NCBI GenBank assembly: GCA_977018835.1
Contig: OZ361257.1
Location: 868,001-932,000, forward strand
DNA length: 64,000 nucleotides
Reading direction: 5' to 3'
Origin: Minutocellus sp. GHC0000111
Lineage: Eukaryota
Shown: positions 22,622 to 34,653 of the stretch, piece by piece
Numbering within the stretch: the stretch's first letter is position 1
Layout of the letters: every line of letters begins with the position of its first letter
Notes under the pieces: model-generated
Told to the model about the DNA's origin: nothing
The model's database searches: none
The model's input: only the letters and a program-made list of their open reading frames with translations
Translations under genes and position numbers: made by a program

Positions 22622-23812
22622 TTACTTGAACTCAACAATCTCCTCCAGAACTCGCAGCTGCTGGTCCTTGTCCATATCAATAATGTCCCACTCAAAGTCC
22701 GCAACGATCCAAAGTTCGAGCATCATGTTCCAGAAGCAGGACCATGCAGTGTTGCACTTGCAGCCGTCCTTGCGAGATGGCGGGGAAAAGAACTCCCATG
22801 AACCGTCGTCGTCTCCGCCACCGTTCGCAACGCATCCAATCTTCTCGACACTGAGCATGGTCGATATGGTATCCGAAGTGCCCAACCCATCGAGCTTGTA
22901 CGCATCTGCTATCCGTCCAAATCCAAAGAACCAGAGATTGGAATCCCACCATTGCTCCATACCATGGTTGTGAACGATGGCCTGCCGTCCGGTGGACTTG
23001 TCGTAGATGGTAATGCGAACGTCGAACGTTGTGAAGTCATTATGATACTGGGCCATCTCCTCTCCCAGCTGGTCCATCTTGAGCGAGATACGATTGTTGC
23101 CGTTGAAGGTGCAATCGGCAAACACCCTTGTAACGACGCCAACCTGCTCTCCCTTCCCGGTCTGGCCCTTGCGTTCCTGATACAGTACTAGGTCCACCTG
23201 TAACAGATACGAGGAGAGTGGATTCGGAGGTGGCTTCTCGGCAACCATGGCCTGCGCAGCTGCGCCAGCATCATCGTCTGATTTGGTCAGCAGGACATGA
23301 CGCTGGAACTGACCACGCCAGCTCAGAGATGGGGCGGGAATGGTGGTAGTGGTAGTGGTGCTGGTGCTGGTGCTGGTGCTGGTACCACTTTCGGGTGATG
23401 ACAGCTGTAGCATCTTGGTCACCTCCTCGACCGACGGACAGTGCTTCCGTATCAGACCCAACCACAGCTCATCCTCCACCTTCTTCATGGCGGCGTACCA
23501 ATCCTTGCAGATGGCGGATGCCGATGGCACGTCACCCACGTCCAGATAGAGGAAGGAGGCCGAGACGGCATCGATGGGGAGGCGCATGGCTTGGGTACGC
23601 CGGTTGTCAACAGAAGATGTTGGTGGGTGCCCTGTTGCTCTGTGCGAGCATTTGGTGGTGGAGGCTACGGCTGGCGTGACGGGTAGATGGTGAGCATGCC
23701 GCTGCCTCTTGGCCGGTGAGGCGATTGGAGGAGAGGACTGAGCCGCCTTTGGATCCGATCGGTGGCGACGGCGGACGCCAATCGATGGCGACAGGGGCTT
23801 CGTCGTCATCAT
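22622..23812 (-). CDS. F-box-like domain protein
   Basis: LPIDAVSASFLYLDVGDVPSASAICKDW......DELW matches the F-box pattern. Confidence 0.7.
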   Translation of the reverse strand: MMTTKPLSPSIGVRRRHRSDPKAAQSSPPIASPAKRQRHAHHLPVTPAVASTTKCSHRATGHPPTSSVDNRRTQAMRLPIDAVSASFLYLDVGDVPSASAICKDWYAAMKKVEDELWLGLIRKHCPSVEEVTKMLQLSSPESGTSTSTSTSTTTTTTIPAPSLSWRGQFQRHVLLTKSDDDAGAAAQAMVAEKPPPNPLSSYLLQVDLVLYQERKGQTGKGEQVGVVTRVFADCTFNGNNRISLKMDQLGEEMAQYHNDFTTFDVRITIYDKSTGRQAIVHNHGMEQWWDSNLWFFGFGRIADAYKLDGLGTSDTISTMLSVEKIGCVANGGGDDDGSWEFFSPPSRKDGCKCNTAWSCFWNMMLELWIVADFEWDIIDMDKDQQLRVLEEIVEFK

Positions 23813-23942
23813 GGTTGGGCAGGCAAAATTAATGACTGGAATGCTTGGATTTCTGGGCTTCTGCTGAGACAGGCAGAGGTCCCATTGGCTTCTAGCTGAT
23901 GGCCTTGGATCTTTCAAGCCAATCTTTCACTCAGTCAATTAG

Positions 23943-25343
23943 TTCAGTTCAGTTCATATAATTACTTTAGAATCTAATCTAACTGGTTGGGCACCTTTAT
24001 AGGTCACTGCTCTTGAAGCTCTAGGATGAACCATAAACAAGCTAACTGTGGCGTCCAACATACGTTGGGGTCACAGCCGAGGAAATGACAGTTGTAGCAA
24101 ACTTGTTGTGTGGAGAATGAGATCGAATCGCAGGGGTGCTGTGAAACATGGGAAGTACTGGTAGACCAGGGGACCGTAATCATTCGTCCTCCTGATCGAT
24201 AGCCAGAAGCTCCTTTTGAGGGGAGCGGTCGGTAGTGCGGAGTGGTGGAGGTGTCTTGGACCGCCGAAGACGGGCCAACAAACCCCCATTGATGAAACGG
24301 CGTCGTCGATAGAAGCCGCGGATGGCTGTAGGGGCCTGGGAACCAAGGACATACTCGCGGCCTAGGTGGATCTTGTCCAACCAGGCAAGTTTGGCCTCGA
24401 TCGGTCGTCGCAGCAGATGATGGAGGGGGCATTCGAGGAGAGGAAGCAGTTCTCTCGGCACGTAGTCCGAGCCTTGAGCCACCAGTTGCTGGATGTGTCG
24501 ATCCAGCTGCAACTGCAGCCCCAAAGCTTCCTCGTCGTGCCCCGATTTGATCTGGAAGTTTCGGAACATCCACATGTCCCACGCCGTGTTCCAGAGCTTC
24601 TTGATCAGCTCAGTCACCCACCGTCGGCCTGAACGCAAGCTGCCTTGGGCCTGGAAGTGGTCTGCCTGAACACGTTCCCACTCTCGGGAGTGAAACCCCA
24701 TTAGCATTAGCCTTGGCGCTAGGCTTCCCATCTTCGTTTTCTTCACGTTCCTCAGCGGCCTTGGCCTCGGCCTCGGCCTCGGCCTGGGCCTCGGCCACCG
24801 CCGCCTCCAGGGCATCCTCCTCGGCATCGTACTGGAGGAACGACTTGGGGGTTCCCTGAGTCTTTTCCTCCGCCACGTCGCCGAACAGCACCTTGCTTGC
24901 ACTAGCAAGATCGTTGTGGCCTAGAGGCGTCGGCCCCGGGCCGGAACCCCCGGACCCACCCGTGAGGTCGGTGATGAGGGCGGTAGTGGCCGTGGTCTCG
25001 ACGTCCTTGCGGGTGGCCATCTCCTTAGCCTTGGTGGTGGCATGGGAGACCGGAGTGACCTTCTGATCGCGGCGTTTGGCTTGCTTGACTGGGGTGCCTG
25101 CAGTGCCAGCCAGCGTGGCCTCCGGTACCTCGGCATTGGCCTTCGAGCCACGCTTGGCAGCGTTCCTGGACGATTTCTCGTCCTTCGAGCGAGCGCCAGC
25201 TCCCCCGCGCACACGGCGGGACCTGGTCGTGGTGGAGAAGTTGTTGCTGATGCGGTGACTAGTAGAGCTAGCTGTCTTCATGGTAAAAAGTTAGTTGAAT
25301 AGGTTATGAGTCCACACCTTACTGGAAAAATCCGAAGTTGTGA
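23943..25343 (-). mobile_element. Internally deleted non-LTR retrotransposon (ORF1 start fused to ORF2 C-terminus)
   Basis: 17-bp direct repeats with one mismatch at 23926-23942 and 25344-25360 (TSD). Short (TTCAG)n tract at the 3' end. ORF remnant W..Q...RSGRRW...LIKKLW..AWDMW..RN resembles a LINE ORF2 C-terminus. Confidence 0.75.
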
Positions 25344-25496
25344 TTCACTGAGTCAATTAGCACTGCCAGACTTGCTTCAGGAGGAGCCAGCCACGCTGCA
25401 CTAGCTACGTAGGAATTCCTACTCCCCTTCTCATCATAGTCTGAAAGGATAGGAAACCATCGCCAGCTAGCAGCCAGCACATTGCCATTGCCTACA

Positions 25497-26298
25497 ATGA
25501 CCTTCGAGCTGACTTCCGCCGTTTCTTCGACCGGCGTCCAAGTCCCAACACTCAACGTCGACATGAGCCTCCTGCGGTCCCGCCGCCCCAGCTCTGTCAC
25601 GGGTATGGGTGACCAGAACCAAGGTGGCATTGCGGGAGGCGCCGTCGCTGAAGGCGGTGGAGGAGGAATCGCGACCATGGCAGCCCGTGCCATGGTCGCG
25701 ACTGCTGCTGCTGCTGCTGCTGCTCGGCCGGCCGCCGGTTTTGGTCTGGCGAGCGGCAACGGCGGCGGATCTCGATCTGGGTCTGGCTCTGGTAGCGGTA
25801 CGATGGTGGGCACCACCACAGCTGGGCCTTACAACACCAGCGGTTCCACCGGTATTGGTCTGGCCCTCGGCGGAGGCGGCGGTATTGCCGGTATTGCCGG
25901 TGTCGGCCGCGGTATGACGATGATGACTACAGCGGCAACCACCGGTGGGATGATGTTGATGGACGGTGCTCCGGTCCAGACTGTCGGGGGTGGCGGTATG
26001 ATCGGAGGAGGTGTCCGTGAAGACGATCGTTTTATTCCTTCTGCTGCTGCTACCACCGACACCGCCGGTACGACCGCTCGACATCGACAGTGCTGCTCGG
26101 GCTTCCGATTCGACCAATACTACTACTGCCGCTTGCGGGGTGGTGGCCATCCCCGGCCCACCCGACGTCGAGGCAGCCCTCCAGGATGTAGCGTCCCTGA
26201 TGCGTGAAGTGGAGCACACCCTCGAGGACGTTCGGATGGTGACCGTGGAGAATGCCATCTTGATGGATTCCCTTGCCCTCGTCGGTGCCGACGTTTGA
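25497..26298 (+). CDS. Gly-rich hypothetical protein with C-terminal coiled-coil, apparently frameshifted near 26070
   Basis: Two overlapping + frames: a Gly/Met-rich one and one ending VEAALQDVASLMREVEHTLEDVRMVTVENAILMDSL. Confidence 0.4.
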
Positions 26299-26713
26299 AT
26301 TCTTGGAGGATGAGGGAGAGGGTGGAAGAGAGCTCTTGATGCCGGTAGTAGCACTGTGTTGCGGTAAATGTTGAATGCTGTAGAGAAAGCTGCGGCAATA
26401 TGTATCATTGGATGATACATATTCGTTGGCTATTGGACCAAGTAATTTTTAGAAAGAATACATATACGAGCCAAAAATTCATTATGCTCTCTTGTTACTC
26501 TACTTCTCTCTGGCCGTTGCTTGTTCTTGCTTTGCTTGCTTTGGCATTCCGTTGCGGCCGAAATCTCTTCGAGTCTACAAGCTAGTTTCATGGTACATTG
26601 TATTGGTATGGTTTGATTGGAAGGATTTCAGTTTGGCTGAGATTAGAAGGCATGAGCCAAAAAACAAAACAACCATTTGTAGAGATCGGCTTGACTATAC
26701 CGGTACCCCCAAT

Positions 26714-29700
26714 CTAATAATCGTCCTGGTAGACACCAGCTCCATAGATACCCTTTGCTAGGATCTTCATGGCGTCGTGAGCAACAAAGCCATTGACCAA
26801 CTCCATTCGCCCGGCGAGAATTTCCTTGTGCAGTTTCAAGACATTGGCTTCGTAGCTATTCTTGAATGCAAACTTGACAACATGGCATGGCTTGTCTTGT
26901 CTTGCCCAAGTCGGTGGATTCTGCCCGCAGCCTGCACTTCCACGGCCGGATCCAGGCAAGGTTCCAGCAAATACACGCGAGAGGCCGCAGTGAGGGTAAT
27001 GCCGACATTACCGCTACGAAGGGTAATCACAAAGACGGTAGGTCGATCCGTTCCTTCACGCTGAAAGTTACGAATCGCAGCATCTCTTTTGACAGAGTCG
27101 CTGGACCCAGTAAACTCGTACACGTCATATCCATCGGCCTTGAGACCACGAACGCAGGCAGAATGGACCTCGAGGAACTGAGTAAAAACAACAGCCTTCA
27201 ATTTGGGCTCGTTCTGGCGGAGATCCTGCAAATCCTTCCGAAGCGCCACAATCTTGGTGAGATGCTCAGGACTGTAGCAGTACTTGTTCTTTCCATTCTT
27301 GAATGCAGCCAACTCGAATAAATTGGGTCTGTTGTCGTTGTGGCTCATTCGACGAAGAACGGCACCCATTGGATAACCAAAGCATTTTTCAGCTGAAAAG
27401 GCGTGCACTCCGGAATTAACATGCTTTAGGAAGGTCCCATAGCTGACGTGGATACGATTGAAGAGACGATCTTCGTCTTGGGACATGGTTAGCATGACCG
27501 TCGAAGTGGTGGAGGGTGGTAGAGACAAGGCCTCGCTACCATTGATTCGCTGGCTTTTAGTATGCCTGATCAAAACCTTTCCCAAGCGATCGACGAGGCG
27601 ATTGAAGTCCTCCTGAGATTTCGTCCCAGAGCCCATGGCAACTCTTAGGTCGACACCTTGAGTGGTTGATTTACCCCCTTGGATGAAGGACATCTGCGGA
27701 CCAAGTCCTGCGATGGAACTAGTGATAGGAGTAGCCGTGGCTCCCCAGCGAAACGTCGATTGGATCAAGTTGGCGGCATCGAGCTTGGCTGAAGCTCCGC
27801 CTTTGATAAAGAGATGACTCTCGTCCTGGACGACCCGATGAAATTGGAAGCCCTTTCGCACTGCGATATGAATATTGGACGCGGAGGAACATTAGAGGCA
27901 TAAGGACACTAATATATATACAAAAGCAAGGTATTCAGCAAAATCCATTGCTCACCAAGTTTCGGCCAGTAGAAGGTGCTCGAAGAAATAAGTACATCTG
28001 CTTTGCTTAATGCAACCATGGCATCAGCATCGCAGACATTTGCAGACGGAGACCCTTCTTCATCGATGCGCCGATTTGTTGGTCCGACGTGGCCAGAGGA
28101 AAGGTCAATGTTGTTTATCTTCTTTTTTCTAGAAGAGTGAAAGGTCCGCACAACAAGCCCGGGGGCGTGCTTCTTAATCTCGTCCTCCCTGAGCAAATAT
28201 AAAGATTTGAGAAGACAAGAGATATAATTGATTGAATCGTTCGAAGCAAACATCAAAGTATCATGGAAAAACAGAAAAGAACGCAGCCCTCGAAATCTAC
28301 TAGACTCGAAATCTACTAGACTAGTAGAGACCTAAACAATCAACTAACCATTGTTCCATCAGCGACACCGAAGTTAGAATGACTGTCGTCTTCAATTTGA
28401 TCTTATCGAAGTTGTGCTTTTCCTTGACGGATTGTAGCAGCTGAGAACGTTCCTGACTCTTCTTGACGTTGAACTGCATCCTGCGACGACGATATTCATC
28501 GTCAGACCAGGAAGCAGACTTTCGATTCATTTCATCATAGTCCTTCTTCTCCTGCTGGTGAAAGGCAGAAATACTAGCAGCACGCTTTTGGTCATGCGAA
28601 CTGATCTCGTTCGCGTGGTCACGAATCTCCTGTTCCGAGGGCACCTCAGTTTCAGCCGCAGGATTTGTTGCAACAAGGGCAAGGACAACCGCCGACTGTT
28701 GGCACATATTTTGAGTAGACAGTTTGGCGTTTGGATTGAGTTCAAAGGTAATGCACACGCGACCAAGAACATCATAGAGTAAGGACACAAGGAAAAACGA
28801 TAAAGAAGGCTTACCTTTCCCATACCAACCTCGTCGGCAAGCCAACCACCGCGCATCTTTTGGTTGTCTTCAGTAGAAGCTCTCTCGACGTCGACCATGA
28901 AGGCAAGACTCTGCTTCTGATAATGCCGGAGATCAGTGGTAAAGCCCGATCCAGCTGGGGGGGATATTTCCACGGGATGGACTGTCGTGACCATTTGAAG
29001 AAGCTTCCGCACCGAAAACTCGGCATTTGGTGCTGGTCGGGCAGGTCGACGGGCAGAACGAGACCAGACGCGACCACGGATGACGTTGCTAGACATTGAA
29101 GGAGTGGTGACAGCTGTCGCGGAGGTTGAAGCAGCCGCAGCTGTTGCTGCGGCCGGAGCCAGTGCGGCCTCCACTCCCAGACGCTTGAACCGTTCACGCT
29201 CCTCCCTCCAGCGATGATCCTCGTGGTTCGCCTTGCAATGCGAGTCCCAAACCTGACATTCGGCCGCCGGCATGTCACAAACATAACAGTAGCAGTTATC
29301 ACAGTGCGTCTTCTTGTCGCCGCTGGCGAAGGGATGGGTGACACAATTGGCGCGGCTGTGAGGGAAGTCGGCCAAGGCGTTCTGACCCTTGGTGGCAACA
29401 ATCTCAAACTCCTCATCGTCATCGGCAGCAGCGGCGGTATCACTTTCGTAGGCACGGTCGTCCTTGGGCTGGCCAGTGCCGGTCGTACCACCACCTCCCG
29501 TAGCCGACCTCCACTCCGACGCATTCGCCTCCACCTCTTCAACATCAGAGTCGGCCTGATCCACCGCCGAGGCAGCCGCCGCCGAAGCAATGATGGGCTT
29601 GATATCGGGGGGCGAGGGATTGCCATCGGTCGGCTTCTCCGACGCTTCCGCCAGTGCCTCGTCCTCGCTGTCCTCCAGGAGGTCGATGGCGTCCGCGTTA

Positions 29701-29894
29701 TGAACAAAGGCAGATGCCGAATCTCCCTTGCGCCGTTTGTTCTTGCCCGTCTCGCTCCCGTTCATGTGAGCAGCAGCGACCGATGTGGGGGAGGGACGTT
29801 TGGTGCTGCTGGCCACCGCAGCATCTTCGGCGTCCGAGTCATCGTCGAGGAGGCTAATCACCTCGACAGTTTTGCTATTACTGCTGGGGGGCAT
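26714..29894 (-). CDS. Multi-exon SNF2 (Rad5/16-like) helicase with N-terminal Cys/His-rich domain; 5-nt duplication frameshift near 26895
   Basis: LRHYQKQSL, GGWLADEVGMGK, SLMEQW, RVVQDESH, RWGATATP, VVFTQF, GITLTAASRVYLLEP, QAAGRIHRLGQ. N-terminal FPHSRANC..HCDNCYCYVCD..C..W..HC. Confidence 0.85.
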
Positions 29895-30323
29895 GATTGA
29901 CGGTACTGTGTCGCAGGAGTCGAGGTTGCGAGGTTCCTGGGATTTTTCGGTGAAACGAATGGGCGCACGAGTTTGCCAAAGATGCAACGAGGCAGGATCT
30001 GGTGCTGCGTATTGAATTTGTGGCACGTCTTGCGCTCGAGGCAAAGCTTGCAAGTATTATAAATAGCTCTATCCGAGATTTTGACAGACAGCAACCGCAA
30101 TCATGAGCAGTTCTGGGTATCTCCAGGACGACTTACCCGGGGATGACTTAGCTCATCAGGATCTCATCAGTCAGGCCAGTCGAAGTCCGCGGTTTGAAAT
30201 GAGGCGCCGCCAGGCAGGCTTGTGGTACCTCTATTTGTCTGATTTTTGGCGGGAAGCGATTTTTTGCCTCCGCGCCACCTCGCACTTCAACCGCTTCTCT
30301 TTCCAACAATAATATCAGCAACC

Positions 30324-30858
30324 ATGCCGAAGGGATCAGGATACAACAGCCAGGGCAACCACTACAATACCCCCGGTGGAACGAATTCGTCGTCTGGTTC
30401 GAGCTATCACTGTGAGTTTGCGTTTCATGCTTCTCGATCTTTGTGCGGCGCGGGCATTCATGTTTTTGGCGCCAAAATGCAAAGGAATCTTCCGTCTCAC
30501 TTTGTTGACACCCGAAGCACAGATACTTTACATTGCTATGCTGTTCTATCCACGAGCTGCCGACAACTGATTGATCCATTGCTATTTCAGTATATATCCG
30601 TGGCATGGTACTATTCTCGTTGAGATTTATTTCTGTCGATCTATCATCATCTCACACGATGCTTCTGCGCACTTCCTTTATCCACTGCACGACCCACACG
30701 ATCCTCCACGTTGACAAATAGACTCCAACACCAACGGTAGTTACTACTACTCGAACGACAATGGCTCGACCTACTACAACAGTGGTAGCGGATACAGCCG
30801 TTACACTTCCTCCAGCGGTCACACCACTCAGTCCTACGGGGGCAGCAGCAAGAAGTGA
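30324..30858 (+). CDS. Small (74 aa) Ser/Gly/Asn/Tyr-rich protein; exons 30324-30411 and 30722-30858
   Basis: The GT-AG intron 30412-30721 gives MPKGSGYNSQGNHYNTPGGTNSSSGSSYHYSNTNGSYYYSNDNGSTYYNSGSG...SSKK*. Confidence 0.8.
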
Positions 30859-31241
30859 GGAGTCGTCGGGAGAGAGGTTTGGTGTGATTTGCCGGCCGAG
30901 ACAATTCTGAGGACAATTTGCTTGGCAGCGTTCGGCAGAGCAGTCTGCAATCATGAGTCAATAGAAGTAGCGTCGCGTGTGCGTGTGCGTGTGCGTGCAT
31001 TACATGGAGGGTGAATCAAACCATTCTGGTAGTCGAATTTGTGTTCTCTAAGAACGTCAGTTGTATAATAGTTGTATAATAAATTCCTAGGTCAAAACCA
31101 TTACAAGCACAAATCAGCAAAAGTACTTTCATTCGTTATCGAATTACTCCACTTTCCCTGTATCAATCCATCCATCTATCTCTATCTATGCACCTCTTCT
31201 ATCCGTTTGTCCCTGGGCGGGTGTTTTCCTTCTTTACCTTC

Positions 31242-32290
31242 TCAAAAACAAGACTTGTTGCCCTCGACCGTGCAGCATGAGCTGTACCTGCGGATCTTGT
31301 TTTTGATGCACTTATTCACTTTCGTAGACCGTTTCATGCATAGCCTCACCTTTCTCTGGCATCGGCTCGTCGCTTTGCGGCCAGCCGATGAGCGGCAGAA
31401 GGCACAGTTTGCCGCAGCGGCAGATTCGACCGGGCCATTACCATCTGATGTGGAAGGCGGAGCTCGATTGACTTCCGCATCAGTTGGGTAGGGCCGGAGC
31501 TTGTACTGGGTGTATCCGCTCTCTTCGGCCTCGTTGCTCTTGATGGCATACACATAGGAAGCAGTGTCTGTACATATTGTTCCATCAGAGTTTTGAATCG
31601 TCACATCCAAACTGTAAACGTAAGTGATGGGCTCCTTGCACAAATCAACGACGATTTGCTTTGTCGCATCTTGCAGAGCCCAACCCTTCCAAATATCTCT
31701 TCCCCAGTAGGATTCTACGCATGTGAAATGTGCAAAACAGGGGGGCACAAGATTAGAACAAGATGCAAGGCATTGAAAAGAAAGGCCGGCAAAATTACCA
31801 GGTATCTGAGGAAATCCAACTCATACTCACCAACCAAAGCCACCTGTTCTTCGGGATATTCGTGCCGGCTGTTCTCAATGCGTCGACGAATGCTCACAAG
31901 CTTTGGATCGGGTTGACCAATCTCAGGAAGCTCGCCCATGTACATCCAGTGGAAGCCAAATTCGACGGTCCTCAGGCATTCCTGTTTTTCGAGCAAAGTA
32001 AAACGAAAACGAGAAATGAGTTGCTGTTGCGATATTGACGCAGAGTACATACATTGAAACAATAGCTTTTCCACTTACTCGCCAATGCGGATCGGGGAAG
32101 TTAGGATCGTTTGCGGGAGTAGGAATCGAGTTGCAGTCGGTCCCATCTTTTGCTCCAAATTGTTTTGGAAATTGATCTTCAGTGATTCCATTCTTTGCGA
32201 CGCAGGTGACCGAGACGTCGTTGAGCCCAAGATCACATTGAATTGCGTAGGTCAGTACAGATGGAAGTCAAACGCCACTTAGGCTGATGG
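31242..32290 (-). CDS. Multi-exon hypothetical protein with Cys/basic C-terminus; 5' end uncertain
   Basis: Consecutive minus-strand ORFs (31715-32074, 31242-31748) are separated by intron-like T-rich segments. Confidence 0.45.
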
Positions 32291-32821
32291 CCTTGATAGA
32301 TGAATTCCTCATAATCCCTTGGTGGGTGTCGGTATCGGCACAAAGGATTTCGAGAGAAAAACAAACAATTCGAGAGAAAGAATGAGCCTTCGTTGCAGCA
32401 AAATGCTGGTTCTCGTCGCCGTGGTGCTAGCAGAGTAGTGAGACAATAGACTGATGGTCTCGAGGCTATGATGATCTGCAAGTCACCTACGAATTGCAAA
32501 TTCTATTCGCCGGGAGATATACTGCTGCACTCCGATGCGATACGATGAATGAATCCGAACCTGGATGCGGCCGCAACGTGACTGACAGCCGATGCGATGT
32601 GAAATTTTGGCGGAAGCAAAGTGAACCGGACGCCGGACAGGTCTCTCGCGCCGTGTGCCGTGTGCGTGGCGCGGCGCCCCCACCGAGTGAGTGGTGTGAT
32701 GACGGACACCAGCAAAAGATGCCGATGTACCGGTATATACACGTATATGAATTGTTTCTCTAGATTTACCAAGCAATAAAGTCATGTACCATGGTAGAAA
32801 TTCTATTTGCATCTTTTAGAA

Positions 32822-34142
32822 TCACTCCAGTCTCGGCTTTTTCACATCGCTGCCACCGGGCCCGCTCAATGGACGCTTGGATCCAGCAGCGCCGGCAGCA
32901 CCACCGCTTGCCATCTTGTCCAGTTCGGATCGGATGTCCTTGAAGACAGCCAAATCACATCCCTTCTTCTCGGCAATCAGCTCCATCAGTTGGACCGATA
33001 TGGCTATCGCGCAGGGAATTTGATCCGATTCGCAGGGGGGAACGATTGAAGCGTTGCATTCAGTATTCAAGGTCATGAATGAATAGTAAATCAAAAACAG
33101 TGTCGAACAAAAACGAATCGAATCAACAAGGACCAATAAAAGCGAGTAACAACGAACAACAGTACTACTCACAAGCCAAGGCGTCGGGTTCGACATGGAG
33201 CACCTCGGGCCAATCCTGTCCCCCGACAGGCCGGACCTTGCACATACGACAAGCCAGATATGTGCAGGCACTCGCCACGGTCTTCGCAGGGAACTGCAGG
33301 CACAGCGTCGTGTGGAGAGAATCGTTGGCATAATTCATCCCGTACTGGACCAGCTCCTGCGTCATCTTGGCAGTGTTGCCGGTGGCACCATCCGGCGGGG
33401 CGACAGCATACTCCAACGCCCGAGAATGGTTCAGCTTCTTGATCTGCTCCACCAGAAACTTGTACGGGTGCTGAATGTCCAACTCGAAGCCGATGGTATG
33501 AAGGATGACTCTCTCGAGGAGGAGGATCCGCTCCTTGAGCTTGATGAATTCTTCCGACTTGCTGTCGAGCAGTCCCTCCCGATCATCGCCGCCACGACCA
33601 CCCTTGCCGCCGCTGGACGGGGTCGACCCAGGAGGCGGGGTGAGACCGCCTCCGTGCGCCGGACTGGGCGTCAACCCCCCGACACTGCCGGCACCGGGAC
33701 TCTTGCCGGCCGACCGCGCCTGAGCCGCCGCCCGATTCTTCAGCCGGTGGCATTCCTGGATCACCACCGTCAGCTTCTTCGGACTTTCCTCCGTCTTGGC
33801 CGCCAGGAGCAGGCACGCCACGGCCACCTCGAACCGATCGTGCTCGGCGAAGCTGTGCTTCGCGTAGAAGCGGTGGAAGAACACCATGCTGGTGGCGACC
33901 GCGACGCGGGGGAGGCGAAGGAGGCGGCCACACTCCTCCAGGAATCGGCACGTCCGGCGACGCTTCTGGCGTTCCTCCGCCGGGCTAATGCCATCCTGTA
34001 CGACCGAGGGAAGCTTCGGTTCGTCGAATGCCTGCGGCACTCTTTTGGGTGGCGGAGGAGGCGCGCCGGAAGGCGGACGTGGCCGACCTCCAGGCGGTGC
34101 ACCCGGTGGAGCCGGAGGGCGAGCCGGATGTGGTTGAGACAT
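32822..34142 (-). CDS. Transcriptional cyclin (cyclin K/T family); exons 34142-33173 and 33003-32822
   Basis: ATSMVFFHRFY, ACLLLAAKTEESPKKL, LERVILHTIGFEL.IQHPYKFL and NDSLHTTLCLQF. The intron joins DALA-SISVQ. Confidence 0.9.
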
Positions 34143-34653
34143 GGTAGTGGAGGTATCGGCACGGCAAGCAAGGCCAACCGAGAGTCGTCCCCGATTCCCC
34201 CGATACGCACCGGGCACACAAGAGTGGTCTCGTGGAAATGGTCTCGTGGTTGTATTGTATTGTGTCGCGTTCAGGCCGCTTGCGGTGCCGTGAGGTCAAC
34301 GTGACGAAACGGAAAGTTTGATATGTCAGATCTGCAAAGCACGTCGAGAATCGAGAATGCACGAAGCATGGGCTGCTGTTGGCTTCCCCTGAAAATCTTT
34401 CTGGTAGGTAGAAAACAGTTCACATCATTTGGTATTTCATTTGTCATTGCTCTCGCTCGTTGGATCTGGTGGATATGTCTGTGACTCGGTAAAGAGGATG
34501 CATGTCAAAGCTTGCCGAGTCTCCAAGTGATCATCAGTCCAACAAAAAAATGTCATCTAAAGAGGAAATAAAGTATGAGCTCGAGCGATTCTGGAGTGGG
34601 GCATAGACGCGACAAGGGGTGGAAAACGGCATGTGGAATTCTACCGCGCTTCG

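Noticed and set aside
33195..34304. Long antisense ORFs (also 15772-16560, 37395-38222, 60141-61331)
   Set aside because: Shadow ORFs of GC-rich genes on the opposite strand, with no motifs.
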